A stretch of DNA of 64,000 nucleotides, taken from Yuukianura sp. NJ FZ-2021. Its lineage: Eukaryota. Under the pieces are notes generated by a model that saw nothing but the letters and a program-made list of their open reading frames with translations, was not told the origin of the DNA and did no database searches. The position numbers and the translations under genes are program-made. Shown one piece after another: positions 40,389 through 52,400 of the stretch (its first letter is position 1; every line of letters starts with the position of its first letter). The DNA lies in contig CM102285.1 of the NCBI GenBank assembly GCA_046563655.1, positions 14,942,001 to 15,006,000 of the forward strand, given 5' to 3'.

Positions 40389-41598
40389 CACTTTCTCAAT
40401 TACTGTCCAAGGTTAGTTTTATTCCTGACCTTCAATTTGTGACTGAAGCCGAGTCAACTTCTTTTCAAGATGAAAGTTGTCTGTACTGTGTTCAAATATT
40501 TGAAACAGAAGACAAATCTCTTAGTTTTCTTCAACTTTATCCTAACTTTAAGTTAACAGCTTTACGTTAACGTAACGTTAGCTCAACTTTACGAAAAAGC
40601 ACGATGGATTTAAGAAAAATTGAGTTGTTGTACGAAAACTCCGGGTAGAATTTAGAGAATGTTAAATTGGATGTAATTTTTTTCAAAATTGTTTTCAGTT
40701 TAAACGATACGAATAGACGTTAGGAGGGAGTTTAGCTTTGGAGAAGCTTGGAATCTGTGGACTTGATTAAATTGCAGTAAATTATTTGATTTAAAGCAAT
40801 TGAGAATTTGTTAACAAATTGAAACAAGAAGCAGAGGCAGGGAATGCGAAATTGTGCGTGTGGCTGGGAAGCTGCCTTCGCTTTAATTTGTTTTCCAGAT
40901 CCACAAATAGCAGCAGTGTTTTGAAGATTGAAGTAAAAAATGTGAGTGTCAGGCCATTTGTGCCTGGCTATGTCTAATCTCCTTAGTTTTGGTTTTCAAG
41001 ATCTGTTGGATGAGCAACTTCAAGATGCCTGTTGGATCTCCTTGTACTTGTGGTGTACTTACCGTTGTTGGCACCTCCCTGCCCAGCCCTCATCTTTTAT
41101 TTATGTAAAAGTGGTTCAATGCCATTACCAACACAGTGAAGACTGAGGAGGAAGTGTCAGTGGAGTGTCGGTGTTCACAGGATGATCAAGTTCCTTTAGT
41201 TCTTCACTTTAGCAAAATTTAACTTTGGGTTTTGTGTAATGATGCCATTGTAATCTCTGTTTTTGTGCTAGAAACACCCACACACCTCAACGGAAGTTGC
41301 ATTTTAGTAGACTAACACACAAACCATCAAAGGACTTCCCAACCAAAACGTAAAAGGGCACAACAAAACTTTTTTTTTCACTCGTGTGAAAAACTGGTTT
41401 TTGGTTGAATTTTGTCGTCGAGATTTCAACACGGGAAGGATTTACAAGAGCTTTCTGTCTTAACATCCAATCTTAACATTCGGAATGTACAGTAATGTCC
41501 TCAAGTTTCAACATTTTTTGAAGAAAAGTTTTCAAGAGTGAAAGGTCAAAAAAAGAGAGGCATTGGGATTGGAGGTCAAAGGTCAAGGAAGTTTGATC

Positions 41599-42386
41599 AT
41601 GATGGACAGCTCGAATCGTGACTATCCAGTACGGTCTGCGCAGCCGCCAGGATCAGAACGACCGGTTGTCATGACAACAACTACGACGACGACAGTGTCT
41701 CCAGCCTATTCTCTGGACTGGATAAAGTTGGACATTGAGCACTTCAAAACGGTGCCTGGAATACTCAAGTTGGTCCAATGGGTAACACAAAATTCAAAAT
41801 TACTTTTTGCAAAATCGAGGGAAGTAGAATCTTTTCTAACTGGATTTGACTTTTTTTTTGAATGTTTTCAGTTTTTGGGAATTCTTTGCATGGCGTTTGG
41901 ATCTCCGAGCTATTTTGGTGGTGGTGACTTCTTCCTGTTCGTCGTCGTCTTGTGCTTCATCGTCACTTTCTTCTGGATTGTCATCTACTTTCTGTCAATA
42001 CGAGAAGGACTCCAGCTACCCATCCCTTGGCTCATTCCCGTAATTACAATTAACTAATTCAACTGAACTTAAGAAGCAATTACATGAATTTTTATTTCGC
42101 AGGAGTTCTACTACACTGCCGGTGCTACACTGTTCTACTTTCTTGCCTTCATCGTCCAGTTTGTTACGTATAGTCATGGGTCCTACATAGCTTCAGCCGT
42201 AAAACACACACATACTTTCCAAAATATTCAATTTTCTGAAAGTAACTTTCAAAATTTTGGAATTTTTTAAAATGTTTTTTTTAGGTATTTGGAATGTTTA
42301 ACACCGTAGCATACGGTGCGGGCGCTTTCTTCCTGTTCAAGGACTGGAAACAGAATGCAGGAGGCGTCAACTCTCCCAACGTCTGA
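41599..42386 (+). CDS. MARVEL-domain (CMTM/plasmolipin-like) protein, 4 exons
   Basis: TTTTTV...HFKTVPGILKLVQW|FLGILCMAFGSP...|EFYYTAGATLFYFLAFIVQ...|VFGMFNTVAYGAGAFFLFKDWK: four TM segments in the MARVEL pattern. Confidence 0.88.
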
Positions 42387-43198
42387 ACGTTGTATCGCTG
42401 CAGCGAGAAAAACTGCAAAATCGCTTCAAGCGATTTCAGGAATTGAAGACGCTCCTTCCAGTGCCTCCTTGTGGGTCCATTGTGAAAGCTTTTAAGGCGT
42501 CTTCCAGAATAATCGATTAATCAGTATTCTATTATCCATTTTTAATAGAACTCTCCCTACTAATTACTCTAATTTTAATATAATTAGAAAAACTAACCCG
42601 ATGCCATTGAGGAGTACAAACAATTAACAACAAAATCAATCCATAATGGATTCCCATTTTTGGATTTCAAATGTAGAACGTTTGAAGGGAACAACTCAGG
42701 AAATGGCAGGGAAGAGGAACTTTTTAGCACAAAGTGACAGCTACTCCACCTTGTTCTAATTCCCATTCTAATTTAATTTGTAATGATTATAAACCAAAGG
42801 TTAACAATTTAACAAATGTGACACAAGTGCTAACTGAACTCAAAGTATAAAGTTAAGTAATTGTTAAGTTAATGAATAAATCATACGAGATTTGGTTTAC
42901 AGTGAACAACGAGTGTGTTTTTATTTTTGGGATATCTAAGTTTTGAGTAAATTGAAATTTTTGCAATTTATTGTTTTTTTTTTTCGTACGGTTGCAAATA
43001 AACGAGATGTGAAATGTTGAAAAAAATTGAATCTTGCTGACATTATTGGTTAAAGTAAAAGACGATGATTAAAAAGCTTCTGGCCGGCAGAAACTGCTCA
43101 TTGAGGAACGTTTCAAAAGTTTAACCAACCGGGACGGCTTATACTGCAATCCGAACTTACAGTGGATGTAAATGTGGAGTACCGATTCGGAATGTGCT

Positions 43199-44314
43199 TT
43201 AACTAGCTTTTAGTTTTGCGATTCGTTCTTCCAGGTCATCTGTAGTTGGGATACTTGGTAGGTCAACTCCAACTTTTCCACGACCAGCAGCAGGAGCTTC
43301 GGCAACCTGGAAGTGACAAATGACGAATGTTTAGTGATACGACATCATTAGTGAAAATGTTTCATTACTGTAAGCATTTTGATTAGAAGGCTCACTTTTC
43401 CTGCAATTTCGATTCCAATTTCATCCAGGATTTGGTTCACAATTTGGTCTTGCTCTGCTTCATCGCCGGATTCATCAAAAATGTCATCTAAGGTGTCACT
43501 GACTAAAAATTAAGAAAATTCTTGGTTACCTCTGAGAAAGTACTTTAGGTAAAAAGACACCACATGACCCCGCAATTTACATAACATTTTTGTGCTTACT
43601 CATCTCATCGGTCATTTCCATCTTTGTAGAAGCTTTGCTAAACTCCTGTAATGTCTTGTTCATCTTGACAGGATCCATGACCTTATTCATTTGACCCATA
43701 GCCCCTGTTGTGCTTTTCAGAGCATCCGCCATGGTGGAACTGGACTGCATTATCTTCGCTTGTGTTCCAATCGATTGTACCTGTGGATCATTGAACTCAG
43801 CAATCGAACAAAGTCCAGTTCAAAATGATGATTTCGTTTGTCTTTTGCCCATGACCTACCTTACTAGAAGCTGCATACGTTTTAGTCTTCTGTTTTCTCA
43901 ACTGAACAAGTTGTTTTGCCAAAACAGTACAGGCTTCTCGGTTGCCAGTGTTGGCTGCCTTTTTAATCTCCAGTTCCTAACAACAAGTTCAAAGTCAATT
44001 ACTTCTTGTACAATTACTAATTGGTAACATGTGAAACCTGTATTAGCAAATTCTCACAAGTTTCTTCTCCTCCCGCTCCAGATGAAGCCGCTCACGATCA
44101 ATATCTCGTCCCACTTTTCGGAGAGCTCTGTCATTTTCTCGCATTAGTTCTGTAAAAGAATTAGAGATTCATGAATACATTCTTAAAATCAACACTGTTC
44201 CATTCGCAAATCGGAAGTGACCCTCAATGACCTAATTTTAATAAGTAAAACATCTGAAACGTAAAAAAAGTATTTACCTTTGTCAGACTTCTTTCCAAAC
44301 CCGAAGAGTGACAT
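43199..44314 (-). CDS. CHMP2B: ESCRT-III subunit CHMP2B, multi-exon
   Basis: ELMRENDRALRKVGRDIDRER..LEREEKKLELEIKKAA..GNREAC.VLAKQLVQLRKQKTK...DTLDDIFDESGDEAEQDQIVNQILDEIGIEIAGK...LEERIAKLKAS*. Confidence 0.92.
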
Positions 44315-46101
44315 GGCTAATTAAACTTGGTTAATTAAGTTATGTAGTTAAAATTTAGAAGACAAATTTAATTAAGTGGGATAGTACTTTGGTAACTAAT
44401 TGATGAACGGGACTTCCAGTCTAAAAAAGTACACTTATCCAGAAATAAAGATTTGTTTTGTTGTTTTTGTCATAAGCGGATGAGTCATCTCTTATCTTAT
44501 CTCATCTTCAGTTTAGTTTCCCGCTTTTTCTCATTTGAATTTCATTTTTTGTGGGCGGGGTTTAGTCAAAAAGAGAAAGGGTGGCGTCTATAACTATCTC
44601 TGGCTCTTACGACCACGAAATTTCAATCTAAAATTCTAAAAATTCCTAAATTTAACGCCGCTGACATTTTTCGTTGACTACGAAATACAAGCAAGAAAAA
44701 ATCAGAAATGCAATTATGTTACAAATGTAAACACAAGTTTTGGGCATGTCAAAAATAAAATTCCAACATCCAATACGCTAGAATTTTATTAGGAAATTTG
44801 GAATTTATAAAAAAATAAAATTCCAAAATGCAATAAGCCAGAATTTTATTTGGAAAATTGAGTTAATGAACAATACAATTCAAAAACCCAAGATGCTGGG
44901 AATTTAGGAGGAAGTTTACAATGAACAGACAGACAGAGTGACAGCCAAGGCGGATGGATATAAAGTATCTACTGCTTCGCTGCTTAATAATGAATAATAA
45001 AAAAAATCATTATTTCATAATTAACTCTTGACCCCTCTTGACCTTTCATTAACGAATTTGTGTAACTCAGAATTTACCTTACCTTGATGATTCATGAATG
45101 CCCTTACTAGTAGAACTTTTAGTTGCATTTCTTTTAGTAGAAAAGAGCAAATGGGAAACTCATTTTCTAGAAATGCGAAAGTGGTTGGATTTTATGCGAG
45201 TCCAGGATGAGTCATTTGTGGAGAAAAAGAAGATGGAGCAGAAATGAGGTCACTTTCTGCACAGTGCAAATCGCTTCTTCTCACGACGCTCACAAACATC
45301 TCTCCTCAAAATCACTTTTTGTGATCCAGTTGTTTTTTCGGTGAGTGAGTAGGTGGGTGTTGCTAGTTTCGGAATTAAAAAGCCAGGGCGTGTCACTTCC
45401 GAAACACAGTCTCCCCTGACCTCAATCTTCAACGGAACAATTCGCAATAAACAAGAATCCAATTGGCATTTAGCAGAACTCTTTCCAAGGAAAAGGTGCA
45501 TTATAAACTGTAAACAAACATTATTGGTTTGTTTTATTTTAAATTAGGAGAAAGTTGCAAAGTGAAAGTCGACATGCATGAATAAGAATTCGTTCACAAT
45601 AACTACTGAACTTGCTCTATTTAATTGCATAATTATACTTTTCGCGAAAAGTTTTTCTGCTGGATTTGAGTCTTTCATTTAACATTTGAGAGATAAGTAG
45701 AAAAAGAAAAGACATCTTTGGTTAGGAAAACTAGAAGAGATTTGGTTAGTTAACCTAGACTTAAGTTCCACATTTGTTATCTTTATGCAAGTACTTGAGA
45801 ACATCTCTTGTCTCATACAAGGTTAGAATCGCTTGAGCCTTATAGTAGAATCGCTGGAGCATTTTAGAATCTGAATTGACGGAAACCGCATCCGGTGTCA
45901 GTTGTGGTTTTGGATTTGAGTAAACTTTCTGGTCGTTAGATTCACTTTGGCAAAATTATCTGTCTTAAGGATTAAGGTTTGGAGGGAACTTTTCTAAAGA
46001 TTTTCAATGTGTTCTTAAGTTTTAACTCATTTGTTGTTAAAAGTTTTAACTCGTTTTAACTTAAAACTAGTTTTGATTCTGTGTAGTTTGAAGCTGACAC
46101 G

Positions 46102-47229
46102 ATGTCTCACACTGTCACTGTGACGAGAACTACAACAACGGCAACAACTTCAGCCATCTTGCTAAATGTCGGATACTTCAAGAAGCCCATTGGCATTCTT
46201 AAGCTTCTCCACGTGGTAAGTTTTTGAAAAATGGATTTTGAAGTTTCAAAATTTTGAAATTTTGGAAATTTCAGTTGTTGGGGATAGTTGTGGTTGGAAT
46301 TACTGGAAACTACATTTCGTACTACTACGAACAGCGCTACACAAATATTTTTGTTCCGGAGTTGTTTCTACTCCTCATCGCCACAACGTGTCTCATCGCC
46401 TCCACCATTTTGCTCTTTTCATGCTTCGTTTCAATTGCAACGGCAACAATTCTACCAAAAACCATTTTTGTAAGTAGCTCGCGAAGCGAATTTTCACGTT
46501 TTCCAGCGCCAAACACCAAATTTCGCGTTATCATAACTCCGGCGTGAACCCACCTTAACGCCGATTATCCAGAGTTACTCAAAGTAGTGGGTAGAAAAAG
46601 GCTACGAGGAAGTTTTTTTTGCCACTTGAATCACAAAAAGTCCAAAAGGTTTGAAATTTTTTAAAATTTTGGAATTTGAATGTAGGAACTTTTGTTTCAT
46701 GGATTCGCAACGATTTTTCTGCTGATCTCTTCAGCAGTGTATATAGCTAGAGTCAGTGATTACTCTAACTCTCGATGGTACACAGCTCGAATGGCAGCAG
46801 GAGTAAGTTCTTTTTTTAACTAATTTCTTTTGAATTTTTTTTTTCAAAATTTTGGGCTGGATTGGACAAATTCGGAAATGCAGGAGTTGGTACAATTTTC
46901 TACTTTGTCATTCCTACTACTGATCTCTTCTGCGATTTGCATGGGGAAAGTAATTAGCAGAAACCAAATGTACCCGGAAATTTCAGAACCCGGATATGGA
47001 CCAAAGATATTCGCATCGGTGAGTTTACTACTATGCAAATCGCTTCCGTTTTGTGTCCATCCAGCCCACAATTACTTTTAAACTATAATAATTAATTAAT
47101 ATATATTTATATTTAAATATAGAATTAACTAACTTGACATTTTTTGAATTTAAGGTCCTTGGACTCATCAATGCCGTCCTCTACGGGGCAGCCACCTTCC
47201 TCTCCTACAAAGCATACAAAACTGGATAA
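46102..47229 (+). CDS. MARVEL-domain (CMTM4-like) protein with duplicated exon 3 (46686-46802 and 46884-47018)
   Basis: MSHTVTVTRTTTTATTSAILLNVGYFKKPIGILKLL...LPKTIF | ELLFHGFATIFLLISSA.. or ELVQFSTLSFLLLISSA.. | VLGLINAVLYGAATFLSYKAYKTG*. Confidence 0.88.
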
Positions 47230-47394
47230 ACTTTGTATAAGTTGAATTCGACGGACGTCAATTTTTGACGCGCAGGAAATCGCACGTCAATTTTTGGAGC
47301 GACGTGCGTCAATTCGTGTTCAGTTGAAACCTATTGCCTCTCTACTGTATCTGAACTCGGCTTAACTCATAGCATTTTTCTAAACAAGCGAATT

Positions 47395-47567
47395 TCAAAA
47401 AATCTTGAGCTTTCTGGAATCTTTTCGTCCAAAAATCAAAAAAATTTGAGCTTTCTGGAATTTCTTTTTCCAAAAATGAATAAATTTTGAGCTTTCTGGA
47501 ATCTTTTGATCCAAAAATCAAAAAATTGTAAGCTTTCTGGAGTCTTTTGATCTAAAAATGAAAAAAA
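47395..47567. repeat. Tandem repeat of about 42 bp, about 4 copies
   Basis: AGCTTTCTGGA(A/G)T..TTT...CAAAAAT recurs near 47408, 47449, 47491 and 47531. Confidence 0.75.
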
Positions 47568-48120
47568 TAGAAGCCTAAAGTGCCTGTGCCTTAAATTTCT
47601 AATTTCTTTTGCTGCGTGAATCTCTTCAATAAAAAATGAGTTTGTGCTAAAAATGTTGCTAACAAGCGCAACAGTTGTTGTTGTAATTAGTTTTTGTCTA
47701 AAGTGTGAATTTTTCTTAAGTTGATTGGATCATGTCATTGTGGGTTATTCACACTTTGAACTGAATGGAAGCAGATGCTTTTGGGAGAGAAGATGAAGAT
47801 GAAACTAAAAATAGCACCCAAATCTTCCATGTTCTTCAACTATTTCACTCCTCAAAAGAAAAATCGGGGCCACGAATTCCTTCACTTTTTCTAAAAAGTT
47901 CCTGTTTCAAAAAAGTCTTCCTGGATTCTTCACAAAGTTCTAAAAATTTGCAACTTTTTGAAACAATCTTCCGCAAATCTTGGCCCTGCGTTTCATCCCT
48001 TGACAGTCTTCTGGCTTATTGGTAAGAACTTTGCCAAAATAAACAGAAATTTCACAAAAGTGTTACACACTTGCGATTTTTAGTGCGAAATCAAAGTTGT
48101 GGAAGATTTTGGCACATTTT

Positions 48121-49241
48121 ATGGCTCGGGAGACTGCGCCTTCTGCTTCCGTCCGACCAATGCCGTCTGTCCACAACGTCAATCCGTCCAGCATTATGTC
48201 GTCTCCGCTGAGCAGGTCACGGGCAGATCGTCGTGCTGGAGACGGAATCTCCGTCTGCGGAATCTGCACTATCTGCACTTGTGTTCATCTCGATTTTCTT
48301 AAAAAGGCTCCCGGCATTTTCAAAATTGCAGAAGCCGTAAGTAATCGTTACACTTTAATTTTTTTTTGGTGCATGAATTGGCACACGCATCTATTTTTAA
48401 AATTGGGTTGACCTTTGATACTTTCCAACACACTTTGAGTGGCGCCAAACCTCACACGTTTTCAAAGTTTGCAGAAGCGGTACATAATCGTTCACTTCAA
48501 ATTTTTGGTACAAGAAATTTGTCACTGTTATGCAACTTTGAAAACCTAATTTTACCATTATTGACATTTTCGAAAACATGGTAAATGGCACCAAAATTTT
48601 CCAAAATTAAATTTGTTGACTTTTTAGCTCCTTGGCGTGACATGTCAGTTTCTGTTGGTCCAGTTCGGGTCATCGTATGCTCCTGACCTGGGAGACGCTT
48701 ACACTGAATTCCTAGTTTCAGTGTCATCATGTCTCCTCACGACAGTACTTCTGCTAGTTTCTTACATCCTGTCTAAGAATTCATATCATCTCATCCGATC
48801 TTCCATCTTTGTAAGTCTACAATTTCAAAATTCAAAACCGAATTTCCAAATTGCTTCAAAATTTTACGAACTTACGAAATTTTCCAGGAAACTGCGTTCA
48901 ACATCGTGGCTGCTTTTCTGTACATGTCTTCTGCTGCCTACTTGGCGTTTGCCGCCAACACAAAACTTGTCCACCGCTTGTCACACTTCAGTCTCCTTTC
49001 AAGCGTCTCCAGCATCACTGCATCATACGTAAGGAATCCAAAACAGTAATCATCACCTAAAATCTATAAAACTATGTTGTTAATCTATAAAAGTGTATAA
49101 ACTCTATAAAACTGTAATACATAATATTTAAAACTTAATTAAATTAATTTTATGTTATTGCAGACGCTGGGTTTCGTCGCAGGGATAGTCCATGCCATGG
49201 ACGCTTACCAATCTTACAAAACTTCTTATGGACTTTGCTAA
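48121..49241 (+). CDS. sing: Singles bar (MARVEL protein, myoblast fusion), 4 exons
   Basis: Cys cluster GISVCGICTICTCVHLDFLKKAPGIFKIAEA, then CQFLLVQFG...DLGDAY..FL...SCLLTT.LLLVSYILSKNSYHLIRSSIFETAFN..AAFLYMSS, as recalled for insect singles bar. Confidence 0.8.
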
Positions 49242-49446
49242 TGGAAACTAAAATTTGTCAAGGTTTTAATAAAATCTTTTTAAAATCTTTTCAAAATTGC
49301 AGTAAAAGTTAAAAAAAGGATAAGATTTTGTTTCTACACAAAACAAAGGATCAAGAGATAAAATATAGTAAAATATAAATAAGTTTTTAGCCTAAATTAA
49401 GTCCATTCTTGTGTCGATTGTCATCAAAGGTCAAAGTTCAAAGTTT

Positions 49447-52400
49447 TTAGAAAATGCATCTGTCCATAACCGTTGCTAAGATGGCCATTCTAACATACAT
49501 TCCAGCCTCTGCTTGGCGGAAGTAAGCTGCTCTTGGATCAGAATCAAATTCTGGACTGATTTCGTCCAGTCTCGGCAGAGGGTGCATGACAATGGTTCTC
49601 TTGGTGGCAGACGTCATGAGTCGAGGGGTCACACAGAATTGACCTCTCGCTTTTTCGTATTCTTCAATAGAAGAAAATCTCTCTTTTTGAATTCTCGTCA
49701 CATACAAAATGTCAGTTTCAGGCAGAGCTTCCTCCAGTGTTGAGTATTGGTCCTGCAAAAACGAAAAAAAAAACACATTTCAGCAAGTTATTGCAAAAAA
49801 TCTTGGACAAGGTTAGGTTAGGTTTAGGACAAGGTTTTTAAAATTATTATCAATTTTCAAAATTTTTCGAAATTTCAAAATTTTACCTGCGAAATGACTC
49901 CTTTTGATTTGTCTTGGACGTACTGCATCACATCTGACGGCATTTCCAGCCCCACTGGACTCACATATCGCAGTCTTACTCGATACTTGGTCAGCAACCT
50001 ACAAAATAGTTACTCCCTCCAAATTCTGTCTTTTTTAATTAAAAGTTAAAAGTAGTACTTGGCCAGTGAATGGACTGTCCTTCCATGCTTCAGATCTCCG
50101 ACCATCGTGATTGTCAAATTGTTCACAGTTCCTCGCTCTTCCCGAATTGTAAAAACGTCTAACAGCGCTTGCGTCGGGTGCTCCCCGACTCCATCTCCAG
50201 CGTTGATGATTGGCTTACGACACTTCGCTGCTGCTTTCTGAAATACGAAATGAAGATACTTGTAAACTTCTTTCTTAGTTTTCTTAATTTGTCAAATTTT
50301 GGTTAAAAATTGTTCGATTTATAAATCATACAGCAACAGCTCCCACTTCAGGATGCCGCAACACGACAGCATCACTGTAGCCACTCATGACCACAATGGA
50401 ATCTAGTATTCAAAAACAAAAACTTTTACTGTAGTTAATTACTAATTAACTTCGATTTTTCTATGATTACCCTCCAGTGACTCTCCTTTCTGGACAGATG
50501 AAGTGGTTCCGTCCATATGGATGACGGTGGCACCCAATCGCTGCGCAGCAGCAGAGAAGCTGCAACTTGTTCTCGTGCTAACTTCATAGAAAACGGACGC
50601 CACAACTTTTCCCTGAAAAAATTCGAAAGTATAAAATATTGGCAGTATATAAACTGAAATGCTGCCCACTTTGTGAAGTTTTTACCCTCAAGACAGTATC
50701 CAGACATCGTTCTTTTTGAACAGCGATTCTGAAGGCTTGAGCCAAATTGAAAACTGCATCCAGCTGAGCCTTGGTGAACATTTCCACGTTGACGATGTGT
50801 CTCCCGCCAATCGCTTTCAGCTCTTTCACGTCAGGAAATGTCATTTGCGGAAGAGATGGAGAGAAATGCTGTCCAGCGATTGTGGAAGAAACTACTGGAC
50901 CTCGGAATGCTGTCGCTGTTGAATAGAGTTCAGTCGAAGAATGCTGAGCTGGAGCCAGAAGTGTCACTGGCACTGCTACATGTGCTGGTTTCGGTGTGCC
51001 AAAACTATGCTGCGCTGCCAGGTCATGACCTTCCACTAACAAAAAGAAGTCAAGGTCAACATTTTCAAAAAAACACTCAAAATTTGATTCTTTATGAAAT
51101 TCCTTACATGAGTGATCCGAAGTGTCAAATATTCCATCGCCACAAGTAACGACGAGTTCGTTCGTAAAGGCATTCGGTACTTTTCCGAGTGCCGAACTGG
51201 GACGCGGACTGTGTTTGTCCAGCCACCCTTTAGATTTGGCCATACTCGTCACATAATGCGTATCTTTGACATCCATGCCGAATCCAGGAGGAACCAAAAC
51301 TTGTCCATCGACGTAAGCAGTCCGACCACGCAAAACGACACGACAAACAGCACCAGTCAACTTCCGGCCGTGAAACGGCGTCCACTTGCACTTTGTAAAT
51401 TGAGTCTCTCCACAAACTGTCCACTCTGCATCCATGTCAATCTGGAAATCAATCAAAAAGTTAAGTTTAATTGAAGAATTTAAGCTTAAACTTAGGAATT
51501 GGTGACCTCTGACCTCAAAGGTCAACTAACCTCGGCATAAGTGTTTGGCTGTTCAGGTAGATTGAAGATTCTCTTTGGATTTGTGTACAACCGAGTGATC
51601 ACATCGTCCAATTTGAGCAGCCCTTGGTTCACTGCAGTGAGAAAAAGTGGCAGCATCGTCTCCAGTCCGGGAAATCCAGGCGGAGGATTTTCTGAAGTTT
51701 TCTCTTGTAAAGTATGAGGAGCTGAAAGTCAAAAAGCAAAAATTCAGCCAAGACTTAGGAAATTTTTCAAAACTTTTTTTTTCTTTTGAAAAACTTACCA
51801 TGGTCAGAAGCAAAACAGTCAATGACGTCCAGATTGTCCCAAAGTGCTTTTCTGTCACTCTCTGATGCCAACCGTGGACAAACTTTGATTTTCTTGTCTC
51901 CTAAATGTGCCATGTCTTTTTCAGTCAAAAACATGTGATGTGGAGTCACTTCACACGTAATCCGGAGTCCCTATCACACAAAACACACTTTTTAAAAACA
52001 ATTTTCAAAAAAAGTTTTTGAAATAAAATTCTTACCTTTTGTTTAGCGCTTTTGATCAGTTCAATTTCTTCTTTGAGTGAAACATGGCAAATGTGGACCG
52101 GTCGATCATGGAGCCCCGCAAGAAGAATCGCTGCAGCGCAGGTTTTACTCTCTGCATGGACACACAGTGGCACATTGGTCGGCCAATGGTCAAAATGCTA
52201 CAAAAATGTTTCAAAATTTCAAAAAACTTCAAAAATTTTCAAAAAGTGACATTTTTTTGACTACCTTAGCCCAGCTTCCGATGTCATTCATTTTGAGCGT
52301 CGTGTAAGTATCGTTCAAGTACAATTTCAAGCCAGCCACAAGCGGAGCCAGGTCCGGAATTTCTTCAAAATTTGTTTCCGTTCCACCAACAAACAAAGCG

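Noticed and set aside
44700..44995. Possible non-autonomous repeat (ACAG microsatellite plus GC-rich end)
   Set aside because: Single copy in the window with no definable termini; cannot be supported without a repeat library.
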